Shown here: piece after piece, positions 27,636 through 38,601 of the stretch | Position numbering within the stretch: the first letter of the stretch is position 1 | How the letters are laid out: every line of letters starts with the position of its first letter | DNA from: Vulcanimicrobiota bacterium | GTDB lineage: Bacteria > Vulcanimicrobiota > Vulcanimicrobiia > Vulcanimicrobiales > Vulcanimicrobiaceae | Assembly: GCA_963733295.1 (NCBI GenBank) | Contig: CAVTCS010000003.1 | Coordinates: 1,920,001 to 1,984,000, forward strand | DNA length: 64,000 nucleotides | Reading direction: 5' to 3' | Translations under genes and position numbers: made by a program | Notes under the pieces: generated by a model | Database searches by the model: none | What the model saw: the letters and a program-made list of their open reading frames with translations, nothing else | What the model was told of the DNA's origin: nothing

Positions 27636-28102
27636 TAGAGTTTTGACAGCACATCCTCCGCGTGACCGTTCACGGAAACCTTCGGCCACACGTGGATCAG
27701 TTTCCCCGACGCGTCGAATAGAAACGTCGAACGCTGCACCCCGAGTGACTTCTTCCCGTACATATTCTTTTCCACAATAACGCCGAAAGCGTCGCAGAGT
27801 TTCGAATCGACGTCCGAGAGTAAGCGAAACGGGATGCCGTACTTCTCTTTGAACTTCTGGTGCGACGCAACAGTGTCGCGGCTCACGCCGACGATCTGAG
27901 CGCCCTTCTTCTTAAAATCTTTAAACATGTCGCGAAATTGGCTGGCCTCGTTCGTGCAGCCCGGGGTATCGTCTTTCGGGTAGAAATAGAGCACGAGAGG
28001 CTTGCCTAAAAGGTCCTTCGTGGAGATCGTCGTTCCGGTATCGTCGGGCAGGCGAACGACCGGCAGCTTAACGCCGGATTCAAGCATTCGAGTCTTTCCC
28101 AT
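27635..28102 (-). CDS. bcp: Peroxiredoxin Bcp/PrxQ
   Basis: LYFYPKDDTPGCTNEA, MYGK, RSTF. Confidence 0.95.
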   Translation of the reverse strand: MGKTRMLESGVKLPVVRLPDDTGTTISTKDLLGKPLVLYFYPKDDTPGCTNEASQFRDMFKDFKKKGAQIVGVSRDTVASHQKFKEKYGIPFRLLSDVDSKLCDAFGVIVEKNMYGKKSLGVQRSTFLFDASGKLIHVWPKVSVNGHAEDVLSKL

Positions 28103-28186
28103 TCTGTGAGAAGCAAGCGTGGATGACACTTACTCTACGTCCTTCTCATCGGCGAGGCCTCGCCTAGGCCAAAGGTCCTATATCTA

Positions 28187-28822
28187 TTGACTGACGTAGC
28201 GCATCCACTATCCCTCGCGCTCGGCGAAGCGCTAGTGAGGGTCGTCACCCCGCGCGTACTCTTGCTGGGCGTCGGAAATGGTCGAAATTTGGGCCCGCTA
28301 CTCGCCGCAGGAGCGCGCGTCGACGCGCTGGACGATGACCCTTCGCGAGCGGCATCGATTTCGCAACGCTATGCGAGCGAAGCCGGATTGCGCGTCGCGA
28401 GCGGTGCGTACGATGCGCCGCTCCCGTTCGCCGAACGATTCGATGGTGCGCTCAGCACGCACGCGCTGTTGCACGGCGACCGGAACCGCGTTCGAGCGGC
28501 GTTGACCAATGTTTTCGCGGTTCTCAACGACGGTGCGCCTCTGTATCTCGTTCTGGGTTCGCGTTCCGACCCGCGCTACGGTCAGGGCCGGCGCATCGAG
28601 AACGGCGTCTTCGCGCCGGGCGACGGCCCGGAAGCCGGCGTGTCACACATCTTTTTCGACGAAGCCGGCGTACGCGACGTCCTCGCCGGATTCGAGGTGA
28701 TTGCGCTCGAGGAAACTTCCGCGGCGCAATCCGCCGGCCGCTGGGCGCACGCTGCCCACGAAGCCGCGGAGATCGTGCATTGGTTCGTGCGCGCGGCGAA
28801 ACCCGTGGCGCGGGCTTCCTAG
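28187..28822 (+). CDS. Class I SAM-dependent methyltransferase-like protein
   Basis: VLLLGVGNGRN motif I, LPFAERFDG, DPRYGQG. Confidence 0.78.
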   Translation: MTDVAHPLSLALGEALVRVVTPRVLLLGVGNGRNLGPLLAAGARVDALDDDPSRAASISQRYASEAGLRVASGAYDAPLPFAERFDGALSTHALLHGDRNRVRAALTNVFAVLNDGAPLYLVLGSRSDPRYGQGRRIENGVFAPGDGPEAGVSHIFFDEAGVRDVLAGFEVIALEETSAAQSAGRWAHAAHEAAEIVHWFVRAAKPVARAS

Positions 28823-29142
28823 TAGGTCGGAACCTTCGAGTCGACTTCGCGCGACCAAGCGTCGATGCCGCCGGCCAAGTTCGCGACGTTGCTGAAACCC
28901 GATTCGCGCAGAAACGAGGCGACTCGTCCGCTGCGACTGCCGAGGTGGCAGAGGACGACGATGTCTTGATCTTTTGGATAGAGCTCGGCGATCCGGTCGG
29001 GGATCTGCGCCATGCGGATGTGCAGCGCGTTCTCGAAGCGCGCTTTGACGAGTTCGTCGTCCTCGCGCACGTCGACCACCAAAACGTCCTCACCGGAATC
29101 GAGCAAATACTTGAGTTCGCCGGGCGTGATTTCTTCGTTCAT
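28819..29142 (-). CDS. Single-domain rhodanese (sulfurtransferase)
   Basis: VDVRE, CHLGSRS active loop, [13 protein letters not shown] overlap with thiG. Confidence 0.92.
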   Translation of the reverse strand: MNEEITPGELKYLLDSGEDVLVVDVREDDELVKARFENALHIRMAQIPDRIAELYPKDQDIVVLCHLGSRSGRVASFLRESGFSNVANLAGGIDAWSREVDSKVPTY

Positions 29143-29924
29143 TCCTTGCGTGCTCCGATGAGCCCGGTGAGAGGGCTGGAAGCGTTGGCGTAACGTCGCT
29201 TTTCCATTCTGCCGGCAAGAAAAGCGAGGCGTCCGCACTCGACGCCCAAGCGCATCGCGCGCGCCATTGCGACCGGATCTTTGGCGGCTGCGATACCGGT
29301 GTTCATCAGGACCGCGTCGACGCCCAGTTCCATCGCGAGCGCCGCGTCGGAAGCGGTTCCGACGCCCGCGTCGACGATGACCGGCACGCCCGAGCGCTCT
29401 TTGATGATCGCGATCGAATGCGGATTGCAAATGCCGAGACCACTCCCGATCGGCGCTGCAAGCGGCATGACCGCGGCGCAGCCGGCCTCTTCGAGTTTGC
29501 GGCACGCCGCGGGGTCGTCGACGATGTAGGGGAGAACGGTGAAGCCGTCGGCGGCAAGTTCGCGCGCCGCGGCGATCGTCTCGGCCGTGTCGGGATAGAG
29601 CGTGTCAAGATCGCCGATGACCTCGAGCTTGATCAAGTCGGTGCCCAGCAGTTCGCGCGCCAGCCGGGCGGTGAGGACGGCGTCACGCGCGGTCGTACAA
29701 CCAGCGGTGTTGGGCAAGATCGTGTAGCGAGAACGATCGATGTAGTCGAGCATCGTTTTGCCCGACGGGTCGTCGAGGCTGATGCGCCGGATCGCGACCG
29801 TTACCACCTCGGCGCCGCTCGCTTCATGCGCTTGCTGCATCATCTCGAGCGACGGGTACTTTCCGGTGCCGACGATCAAGCGCGAGCGAAACTCGTACTT
29901 GCCGACGCGGAGCAGACTATCCAC
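29139..29924 (-). CDS. thiG: Thiazole synthase
   Basis: [41 protein letters not shown]. Confidence 0.97.
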   Translation of the reverse strand: MDSLLRVGKYEFRSRLIVGTGKYPSLEMMQQAHEASGAEVVTVAIRRISLDDPSGKTMLDYIDRSRYTILPNTAGCTTARDAVLTARLARELLGTDLIKLEVIGDLDTLYPDTAETIAAARELAADGFTVLPYIVDDPAACRKLEEAGCAAVMPLAAPIGSGLGICNPHSIAIIKERSGVPVIVDAGVGTASDAALAMELGVDAVLMNTGIAAAKDPVAMARAMRLGVECGRLAFLAGRMEKRRYANASSPLTGLIGARKE

Positions 29925-30120
29925 CGGCGACCGCACGGATGATCTCGACCTCGTCACCGTCGCCCAACTCGTGCCGCTCGACGTCTGCCCGGCTCACGAC
30001 CCGAGCGTTGACCGCGACGGCGATCGAGTCCGTAGTCGCGATACCGAGGTCGCGCAGAAGCGTCCCCAGGGTGGTGCGAGCAGCTAGCTTGCGCGACTCG
30101 CCATTGATCGTTGCATTCAC
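29917..30120 (-). CDS. thiS: Sulfur carrier protein ThiS
   Basis: 67 aa; INGE, AVAVN, C-terminal AVAGG. Confidence 0.95.
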   Translation of the reverse strand: MNATINGESRKLAARTTLGTLLRDLGIATTDSIAVAVNARVVSRADVERHELGDGDEVEIIRAVAGG

Positions 30121-30123
30121 CGT

Positions 30124-31251
30124 TTAGACAGGGTTCGCGCCCGCGGCAAGCGCCTCTTGTTGAAGGCGCCGGGGCGAAAGCCCCACGACGTCGCGCGCCG
30201 GCGGCTTGCCTTCGATCGCGTCGGCCGCGGCGAGCGCGGTCGCCGGGGTTAGAAGGATGCCGTTCCGGAAATGGCCGGAAGCTACGAAGTACCCGTCCAG
30301 TCTGGTCGCGCCGATGAAAGGCTTCCCATCGGGTGAACCCGGACGCAGACCCGCCCAGCTCTCACTGACCGTCAGGTCGCCGAGCGGTGGAAGCGCCGCG
30401 AGCGCGGCGTCGAGCAACCGCTGCTGGCCTCGCGCCGTCACCCGGACGTCGAAGCCGGCTTCCTCGACGGTAGCGCCGACGAGTAATCGCCCGTCATCCC
30501 GTGGCACAACGTACGCGCCCGCTACCCAGAGTACTCGCCGGACGAGCCCGCGCGGCGCTGCCAGCGCCAACATTTGGCCCTTGACCGGACGGACCGGGAT
30601 GCGCGCCGCATCCGGCACGCCGGCAAGTTCGCCGGCCCAGGCGCCGGCTGCGTTGAGGACGGCGCTCGCCGGGCGGAAGCCGGCCGGCGTGCGCACGCCC
30701 AGGACCCGTCGAGCATCGGCCTCGATCGAGACCCGATGTGCGCCCTTATCGATCGGTACGCGCAGCGCAGTGCAGGCCGCCTCGAGCGCGCGCCCGAGCC
30801 GGCGATTGTCGACTTGCCCCTGACCTTCGATGAGCGCAGCGCCTTCGCACGACGCGAGGGACGGCTCGGCGCTGCGAACCTCGGCCGAGGTCAGCCAGCG
30901 CGCGGCAACGCCGCGGCGCTCCAACTCGACGACGCGTCGGCTCAGACGCTCGGCGTCGGCTGCCGTGAATGCGATCTCGAGCGTTCCATCGAGGCGCAAC
31001 CGGGCGTCGACGGACGAGCGCAGACGCAACTCCTCGACGTAAGCGGGATACAACTCGAGCGAACGCGCGCAGAAGCTCGCGAAATCGGCGTCCGCAAGCG
31101 CCTCAGTGTACGGTGCGAGCATCCCCGCTCCAGCCCAGGAGGCAGCGCGACCGGGCGACCCCGCGTCGACGACGCGCACCTCCGCGCCACGCTTGGCGAG
31201 TTCGTACGCGATCCCGAGGCCGATCAGCCCGGCGCCGATGACGACGATCAT
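30124..31251 (-). CDS. thiO: Glycine oxidase ThiO
   Basis: GAGLIG, ASWAGAGML, PVKGQ, WAGLRP, GHFRNGILL. Confidence 0.94.
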   Translation of the reverse strand: MIVVIGAGLIGLGIAYELAKRGAEVRVVDAGSPGRAASWAGAGMLAPYTEALADADFASFCARSLELYPAYVEELRLRSSVDARLRLDGTLEIAFTAADAERLSRRVVELERRGVAARWLTSAEVRSAEPSLASCEGAALIEGQGQVDNRRLGRALEAACTALRVPIDKGAHRVSIEADARRVLGVRTPAGFRPASAVLNAAGAWAGELAGVPDAARIPVRPVKGQMLALAAPRGLVRRVLWVAGAYVVPRDDGRLLVGATVEEAGFDVRVTARGQQRLLDAALAALPPLGDLTVSESWAGLRPGSPDGKPFIGATRLDGYFVASGHFRNGILLTPATALAAADAIEGKPPARDVVGLSPRRLQQEALAAGANPV

Positions 31252-31320
31252 CGCGCCATCTTCGGTTTACGCAGGCGCGTGTCCGCCGAGCGTCGACTCG
31301 ACACGCACGGAGACTACGCA

Positions 31321-32109
31321 ATGCGAGTAACCACCTTCAACGCGAACGGCATCCGGGCGGCGGCGCGCAAAGGGTTCTTCACCTGGCTGCGGGCGGAAGC
31401 GCCCGACGTCCTCTGCATCCAAGAGACCAAAGCGCAAGAGCATCAAATTCCACCGGAGGCGCTCGACCTTTCGGAATACAGCTATGCGTTCGTCGACGCG
31501 CAGAAAAAAGGTTATAGCGGCGTCGCGCTTTACGCCAAAGTTCCGCCCGAGAACATCCAGCGCGGCCTCGACATGCCTGACATGGACGCCGAAGGACGAT
31601 TCGTTCGCTTCGACTGGGGCCGTTTGAGCATTGCCTCGGTCTACGTGCCTTCAGGGACGAGCGGTGAGCTGCGCCAGCGCGTCAAGAACGGTTTTCTCGA
31701 ACGGTTTCTGGCCCGGCTCGCCGCGCTGCGAAAGGACGGCCGCAGTTACATCCTTTGCGGTGACTTCAACATCGCGCACAAAGCGATCGATACGTTCGAC
31801 CCGGTGCGTAACGCGAAGGTCACCGGCTTTCTGCCGCACGAGCGAGCCTGGATGGACGACGTCGTAAAGCTCGGCTGGGTCGACGCTTTTCGGGAAGTCG
31901 ATTCCGCACCCAAACGCTACACGTGGTGGCCGGGTTGGCCGGGCGCCTACGAAAGCAATCGAGGTTGGCGGATCGATTACCAGTTGATCACGCCGGATTT
32001 GAGCGCGTCCGTGCGCGCCGCTTCGATCTATCGCGACGAACGCTTTTCGGATCATGCCCCGCTGACGATCGACTACGATCTCGCGCTCGACGCTTACATT
32101 CCGGTGTAA
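31321..32109 (+). CDS. xth: Exodeoxyribonuclease III / AP endonuclease
   Basis: [41 protein letters not shown]. Confidence 0.96.
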   Translation: MRVTTFNANGIRAAARKGFFTWLRAEAPDVLCIQETKAQEHQIPPEALDLSEYSYAFVDAQKKGYSGVALYAKVPPENIQRGLDMPDMDAEGRFVRFDWGRLSIASVYVPSGTSGELRQRVKNGFLERFLARLAALRKDGRSYILCGDFNIAHKAIDTFDPVRNAKVTGFLPHERAWMDDVVKLGWVDAFREVDSAPKRYTWWPGWPGAYESNRGWRIDYQLITPDLSASVRAASIYRDERFSDHAPLTIDYDLALDAYIPV

Positions 32110-33775
32110 ACCGGTCCCTCGCCGCCTTGCGGCGGGACCCAGGTGATGATCTGATACGGGTCCATGATGTCGCACGTCTTGCAGTGGACGCAGTTGCTGA
32201 AGTTAATCTGAAGCCTACCGTCGTACTGCGCGTCGCCGTTCGCGCCGCTCCGCTCGAAGAGCGGCTCGTAGACTTTGGCGGGACAGAAATACTGGCACGG
32301 GATTCCCGTACTCGACCGTGCAGCGCTGCGCGCAGATGTTCGTGTCCGCAACGTGCAAGTGCGGGACCTGATCCTCGTCGTGCATCGTTCCGCTGTTGAA
32401 AACGTCGGTCAGCTTGTCGAAGGTGAGGACGTTGTCGATCTTCGTGCGCGAATCGACCGCTTTGGGCGCGCGCTCGCTCAGCTTTTTCATTTGCGCGTAA
32501 CCGGCCTCACCCCGCAGCCGATCGACGAACCCGAACGCCCGGCCGCCCGCGTACATCGAGAGTCCCGCGTTGAGCATTCCGGCGAAGAGCCCGTTCTTGA
32601 ATCCCTGGTGGAAGTTGCGCGCAACGCGCAGCTCCGCGTACGCCCACGACTTCTTGAACGCGTCCTCGAAGCTCGCCAGCGTCGCGGCGTCGTTTTTGCC
32701 TGCCGCGAGCGCGTCCATCGCGGTTTCCGCTGCCAGCATGCCGGATTTGATGGCGAGGTGGATTCCCTTGAGCCGCATGCCGTTGAGGAAGCCGCCGGAA
32801 TCGCCGGTCAAGAGCAGTCCGTCCGCATACGGGCGCGGCATCGCGTAGAGCCCGCCTTCGGGAATCGCTTTCGCTCCGTAGCGCAGCAGCTTTGCGCCCT
32901 CGAGCATCTTCGCGATCGCCGGATGTTGCTTGTAGCGCTGGAAGCGATCGTGGGGATCGGTCGTCGGATCTTCGTAGTCGAGTCCGGTTACGAGCCCGAT
33001 ATCGAGCACGTCGCCGGCCATGCCGTAGATGAAGCCGCCGCCAAAGGTTTCGTTCGGCAGCGGAAAGCCGAACGTGTGGATCACGCTGCCCGGTTTGACG
33101 CTGCCCGGCGCGCACTTCCAAAGTTCTTTGATGCCGACCGCGTAGACTTGCGGATCGCGGCTCCGCGCCGAGCTGCAGTTTTTCGATCGCCTGCTTGGCG
33201 AGCGTTCCGCGCGGACCTTCGGCGATGATGACGACTTTCGCGAGCAGGTCCGGCCCGGGTTCGTAGTTTGCCTTCGGTTGACCGTGGTGATCGAGGCCTT
33301 TGTCGCCGACGCGCACGCCGGTGACGCGGTCGCCGTCCCAGAGCAGTTCCTGTCCGGGAAACGAAGGGAACACGTCGGCGCCCAGCTCCTCGGCGACGCC
33401 GCCCATCCATTTCGTTAACTTTTGCAAGCTGGCCACGAACTTGCCGTGGTTCTTCATCATCGGCGGCATCAGCGCGGCAGGCACGGCCATCTTGCCGCTT
33501 TCGGTCATGTACCACATCGCGTCGCTCGAAACGGGCGCCTCGAGCGGCGCCTTCTCGCGCCAGCCGGGCAGCAGTTCGTCGAGCCCTTTGGGATCGAGGA
33601 CGGCGCCGGAGATTCCGTGATTGCCGATGTCTCCGGCTTTCTCGATCAGCATGACCGAGAGATCGTCCTTCCCGCGTTCTTTCGCAAGCTGACGCAGGCG
33701 AATGGCGGCGGCGAGTCCGGCGGGGCCGCCTCCCACGATCAGGACGTCGACTTCGAGTTGATCGCGTTCAGGCAT
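32094..33775 (-). CDS. Electron-transfer flavoprotein:quinone oxidoreductase (two apparent frameshifts)
   Basis: [43 protein letters not shown] spread over three frames; breaks at about 33160 and 32300. Confidence 0.9.
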
Positions 33776-33836
33776 AGCCTTCTGTGATTCACGAAACCGG
33801 GCAAATGTCTTGGCGCCCCCCGGCGAATGGAGAGAC

Positions 33837-35115
33837 ATGCGCCTGAAGCTTGCCTACGGCCGGACGGGCCTCGACGTCGACGTTCCGGACGGCGCGCTGG
33901 TCGTCGAGCCGGCCGACCCGCCGGCGCTGCCCGACGAACTGGCGGCGTTCCGCAGCGCGGTCCGCGATCCCATCCATGCGCCAGCCCTGCGCGAACTCGT
34001 CGCCTCGACCGACCGGGTCGTCATCGTCACCTCGGACGTCACGCGCGCGACCCCGAACGAACGGTTAATTCCGTGGCTGCTCGACGAAATCGGCCACGTT
34101 CCGCTCGACACAAATCACCGTCATCATCGGCACCGGTTCGCATCGCGCCACGACGCCGGAGGAGCTCGTGCAGATGTTCGGCGCGGAGACGCTGGCGCGC
34201 GTGCGCGTGGTCGATCACGACGCGCACGATCCGCAGCAGGTCGCGCACGTCGGCACGACCTCGCGGGGAGCGCGCGCTTTTTTGAACAAGGAATACCTCG
34301 CCGCGGACAAGCGCATCGTCGTGGGCTTCATCGAGCCGCACTTTTACGCCGGATTCTCCGGTGGAGCGAAGGGCGTTATGCCGGGCGTCGCGGGCATCGA
34401 AACGGTGACGTTCTTTCACAACGCGCAGATGGTCGGCGATCCCGGCTCGACATGGATCAATCTCGAAGCCAATCCGATTGCGGCGATGGCGCGCGAAGTC
34501 ACCGCGATGGCTCCGCCTGACTTTCTCGTGAACGTCACGCTCGACAGGCACAAGCGGATCACCGCCTTCTTCTGCGGCGACTACCTGGCCGCGCACGCGA
34601 TCGGATGCGCTTTCTGCCGCTCGACGGCTGCACGCGCCGTAGCATCCCGATTCGACGTCGTCTTGACGACCAACGGCGGCTATCCGCTCGATCAGAACCT
34701 GTATCAGTGCGGCAAAGGTTTGACCGCCGCGGCTCAGATCGTCAAGAACGGCGGAACGATCGTGATGTGCGCCGAGTTGAGCGACGGACTGCCCGAACAC
34801 GGAAACTTCAAAGACATCCTGCGCTCGCGCTCGTCGCCGCGCGAGGTGCTCGACATGATCGAAGCGCCGGGCTACAGCCTCTACGATCAGTGGGCCGCGC
34901 AGAGCCAAGCACTCGTGCAGCTAAGCGCCGAGGTCGAGCTCTACTCGTCGCTGCCCGATAAGACAATTCGCGGCGCACTCTTGCGTCCGATCCACGACCC
35001 GAGCGCAGCGGTGCGAGCAGCACTCGAACGCGCGGGCCGCGGCGCAATCCTGGCCGTGCTGCCCGAAGGTCCGTACGTCGTTCCGTACGTCGCAGCGGCG
35101 ACGGCGCTAGCTTAA
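33837..35115 (+). CDS. larA: LarA-family nickel-pincer 2-hydroxyacid racemase (one apparent frameshift)
   Basis: LAYG, SDVTRATP, GTGSHR after the shift at about 34110, EPHFYAGFSGGAK, GYPLDQNLYQ, DQW. Confidence 0.9.
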
Positions 35116-35246
35116 TTATTCTGCTCGAAGGCTGAATCCGCGCACAGTCGAGTCGAACGATGGTGCCCTGCAGGGCATTGCGGATGGTTGCGATACTTAA
35201 CGTCTCTCGGAACAATCTCGAGTTCTCTATCGAAAGGGACGATTTT

Positions 35247-37238
35247 ATGATACATCGCCCGGTATTCTGTGCGTTCTTTGCAGCGATTTTGGCAGCCGGC
35301 ACTTTGCTCGCGTCGCCGGCAGCCGCCAACACCTCGGCTTTCTCGGCGATTCCCGGAAGCGCGAGGCCCGTCGCCGGAGTCAGTCTCGGCGATTTTAGAA
35401 GCGCACGAATGACGGTCGAGGTCGTCCTGATACCGCGAAATCAGCCGCAAATGGACGCACTGCTTACGCGAGTCTCGAACCCGAACGGTTCGGCCTACCA
35501 GCAATGGCTCCCGAAGGGACGCTTCAACGCCCTTTTCGCTCCGAGCAGCGCCGAAAGCGCGGCCGTGGCAAGCTACTTGCGCGCGAACGGGTTGACCGTG
35601 CAACAGTCGTCATCGCCGTTCTTGCTTCGCGCCGTCGGATCGAGCAGCGCCGTGGCGAACGCGTTCCGAACCAGCCTGCGCACCTACCGCAGCCGAAGCG
35701 GGATCACCTATTTCTCTAACGTTTCGGCCGTGCAGCTTCCGGCGGCCTTGGCACCGGGAATCTTGGGCGTCATCGGCCTTTCCAGCACCGTGCGCATGCA
35801 GCCGCAGATCAAACATTCGATGTCGGCCCGGCAGCGTGGATCACCGGCCGTAGTCAGCTGCGAAGCACCTTATCCGACCGTCGCGCAGCTGTTCGGATAT
35901 TACGTGAACGGGATCAACTTTCCGTTCGGATACGGCGGCGGACCCGGCTGCAACGGCCTCTCGCCCTCGCAGATCAACTCCATGTACGGCGCGCCAAATC
36001 TCGGTGCGCGGGCGCAGGGCGCCGGCGCCAACCTCGCAGTGTTCGAGCTTGCGGGCTACCAGCATTCGGACATCGTCGCGTGGACGACCCAGTTCTACGG
36101 CGCGGGCTACACGCCGCCGCTCGTCGACATCAACGTCGACGGCGGCCCTTTGGACCCGGTGTGCCCGAGTGGTGACACCTGCGCCAGCGGCTACAGCGGA
36201 GATGCTGAGGTCGACGCCGACATCCAGATGCAGCTGGCAGTCTCGCCGGCCGCTCAGCACATCCTCGTCTACAATGCTCCGAACGACGATACGGGTCAGA
36301 CCTCGCTCGATGAGCTCGTCCAAATTGCGAGCGACGATACTGCTGACGTGGTCAGCTCGAGCTGGTCGGTGTGCGAGAACGACGCCGGTGCCGCGTACGC
36401 CGAGGCCGAGAATACGACCTTCGAACAGATGGCTCTGCAGGGGCAGAGCATGTTCGGCGCCGAGGGTGACACCGGTGCCTTCTCGTGCATCAGAAGCGAC
36501 GGTTCGACCGGCCTAGCCGTTCTCGACCCGCCGGCGCAACCGTGGGTGACGAGCGTGGGCGGTACGTCCTTCGAAACCTTCAACCCCGACACCATTGCAA
36601 ACCCGTCCTATCCGGCGGGCATCGAGTCGGTTTGGAACACCGGCGACCTTTGTAACCAGAGCGCGAACGAAGACGGCTTTCCCGGCACCGCCTGGTGCGG
36701 CGCGACGGGCGCGGGCGGGGGCGGCAACAGCCAGTTCTGGGGTGCTCCCCTTTACCAACACACTCCGGGCATAGCCAACGCGTACACGACCTACGGCAAC
36801 GGCACCACGCAATGCGTGCTCGCCGCCAACGGAACGCAGTGCCGCTCGGTCCCTGACGTTTCGGCGAATGCTGATGAGTACACGCCGTACGCCGAGTACT
36901 GCACCGCTAACGCCGGCACTCCGGGCAGCGACTGCGGCTTCACTGCCAACCAAACCCCGCCCGGCTGGTTCGGGGACGGTGGCACGAGCCTTTCGTCACC
37001 GATCTGGTCGGCAATCATCGCCGACCGCGATAGCTTCAACGGCCATCGCACCGGCAACGCCAACAACCTCCTCTACATCCTCTTTCACCTCAATGCGCAC
37101 GCGTACTTCCACGACATCACCGGTGTCGCTCAATCCACCAACAACAACGGTTTCTTCCCGACGACGCCGGGATACGATCTCGCAACCGGCCTCGGAACGC
37201 CGAAGATGAGGAACATCATCACCGGCGAGATGTACTAG
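35247..37238 (+). CDS. S53 (sedolisin/kumamolisin) serine peptidase with prodomain
   Basis: Signal peptide, prodomain, EVDAD, GDTG, VGGT, RSVPDVS, GGTSLSSP, GYDLATGLGTP. Confidence 0.93.
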   Translation: MIHRPVFCAFFAAILAAGTLLASPAAANTSAFSAIPGSARPVAGVSLGDFRSARMTVEVVLIPRNQPQMDALLTRVSNPNGSAYQQWLPKGRFNALFAPSSAESAAVASYLRANGLTVQQSSSPFLLRAVGSSSAVANAFRTSLRTYRSRSGITYFSNVSAVQLPAALAPGILGVIGLSSTVRMQPQIKHSMSARQRGSPAVVSCEAPYPTVAQLFGYYVNGINFPFGYGGGPGCNGLSPSQINSMYGAPNLGARAQGAGANLAVFELAGYQHSDIVAWTTQFYGAGYTPPLVDINVDGGPLDPVCPSGDTCASGYSGDAEVDADIQMQLAVSPAAQHILVYNAPNDDTGQTSLDELVQIASDDTADVVSSSWSVCENDAGAAYAEAENTTFEQMALQGQSMFGAEGDTGAFSCIRSDGSTGLAVLDPPAQPWVTSVGGTSFETFNPDTIANPSYPAGIESVWNTGDLCNQSANEDGFPGTAWCGATGAGGGGNSQFWGAPLYQHTPGIANAYTTYGNGTTQCVLAANGTQCRSVPDVSANADEYTPYAEYCTANAGTPGSDCGFTANQTPPGWFGDGGTSLSSPIWSAIIADRDSFNGHRTGNANNLLYILFHLNAHAYFHDITGVAQSTNNNGFFPTTPGYDLATGLGTPKMRNIITGEMY

Positions 37239-37280
37239 CACACGAAACCAAATCCAGCGTCTGCAGAAAGGGTTTATTGC

Positions 37281-37769
37281 GTGAGAAAGACTGTTTCTTC
37301 ACTCTTCGTTCTGGCGGCGACCATCAGCTTGTTGGGTGCGGGCACGCCGCAATTGCCGCCCGGCGTAACTTCGCAGCAAATGAAATTTTATTTGACGCCG
37401 CTCAAGGATCATCCGTCGGTGATGCCTGCCGACACTCAAGCCTTTCTTGGTTGCATCCCGACGATGGGCTACCATTACGCGAAGCCGCAGAATTGGCCGC
37501 TTGGTCCGATCTACGGCTATTACAACGGAAAGGCGACTTTCACCGAGATTATGGTCGCCAAAAAGCTCTTTGAGCAAGGCCAGAGTTGGAACGACCAACT
37601 GAAGCCGCTACCCGGCTACAAGATCGACCACGTCGACCTCTGGTACGAGCCGCACGGACACCCGGGCTACGAAGCCCCGCACTACGACATTCACGCATGG
37701 TACATTCCACGCAGCCAATATATGTATTTCTGCGACAACAAGTCGGGAGAAAAACCAGCCTGGTTGTAG
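37281..37769 (+). CDS. Secreted His-rich protein (TTHB210/DUF5602-like)
   Basis: Signal peptide; CIPTMGYHY, HVDLWYEPHGHPG..PHYDIH. Confidence 0.7.
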   Translation: MRKTVSSLFVLAATISLLGAGTPQLPPGVTSQQMKFYLTPLKDHPSVMPADTQAFLGCIPTMGYHYAKPQNWPLGPIYGYYNGKATFTEIMVAKKLFEQGQSWNDQLKPLPGYKIDHVDLWYEPHGHPGYEAPHYDIHAWYIPRSQYMYFCDNKSGEKPAWL

Positions 37770-37800
37770 GCCGGATCGTCTGCTGCATGGTCTCGAAAGG

Positions 37801-38601
37801 CTAAAGGCGTCCCAGTTGTTCGATCGCGCTCGTGGCCGCGATGCGGTGCATTGCGATCCGGTCGATCCACGGTAGCTTCCGCGGAGATTCGAAGGTCATG
37901 GCGCGCTTCGCGGAGTTGCGCAAGAGAAAGAGATTGTAAGGAAGACCTCCGAGGAAGGTCGCTTCGGCTTGGGCGTCGGTGACGACGCGGCCGTGTTCGA
38001 GGCGCGCGGAACTCGGATGATCGGACGGCGGATAGACGACGTCGAACGAGGCGTGCAGATCTTGAATCGGAAAGGCGGCGTCTTCAACCGAGCGAATGAC
38101 GAACGCGCCGAGCGGCGCCTTCCCGTCGACGAGCGGCTCGTACGCATAGAAACCCTCCGCCTCGTAGTCTTCATGCAGATCGAGCGAGAGCGCGAACTTG
38201 CGGTCGCGGTTCGCCGTGACGATCGCGCGCGCTTCGGGGGTCGCGCCCCCGCGCGAGAAGCTCCGGTTGACGTCGAAACCGTCCTCGTTCTCGCGCGTGG
38301 CCAAACGGTAACCGCTGGGATTCGTGCAGGGCCAGATGCGATACGCGTAGGCGGGATCCAGAAGCCCACACGAGACGAGCGAAAACAGCGCCCAAGGGGC
38401 GGCCGGTTCGTCGCCGTGCACGCCCGAAGCCAGAGCGATCGTCGCGCGAGCCGTCTCGATCCCGCCCTCCGGCACGCTCTCGGCGATCAACAGGGTGCGT
38501 GTCGAACCGACCGTCGCGACTTCGCGAACGGTCAGGCCGGGGCGACGCAGCCGCAGCCCCTTCCACGCCGCGACCAGCTCCTCATACGGGGGCGTTTTCA
38601 C
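37801..38601 (-). CDS. M14-family metallocarboxypeptidase / deacylase
   Basis: SGVHGDEPA, NPSGY..TREN, DVNRSF, LDLHED, TFESP; GTGA overlap with glcF. Confidence 0.88.
   Translation of the reverse strand: MKTPPYEELVAAWKGLRLRRPGLTVREVATVGSTRTLLIAESVPEGGIETARATIALASGVHGDEPAAPWALFSLVSCGLLDPAYAYRIWPCTNPSGYRLATRENEDGFDVNRSFSRGGATPEARAIVTANRDRKFALSLDLHEDYEAEGFYAYEPLVDGKAPLGAFVIRSVEDAAFPIQDLHASFDVVYPPSDHPSSARLEHGRVVTDAQAEATFLGGLPYNLFLLRNSAKRAMTFESPRKLPWIDRIAMHRIAATSAIEQLGRL

Noticed and set aside
32094..35115. Programmed ribosomal frameshifting in ETF-QO and larA
   Set aside because: No slippery sequences or stimulatory structures at the break points; single-base insertion errors are the simpler explanation.
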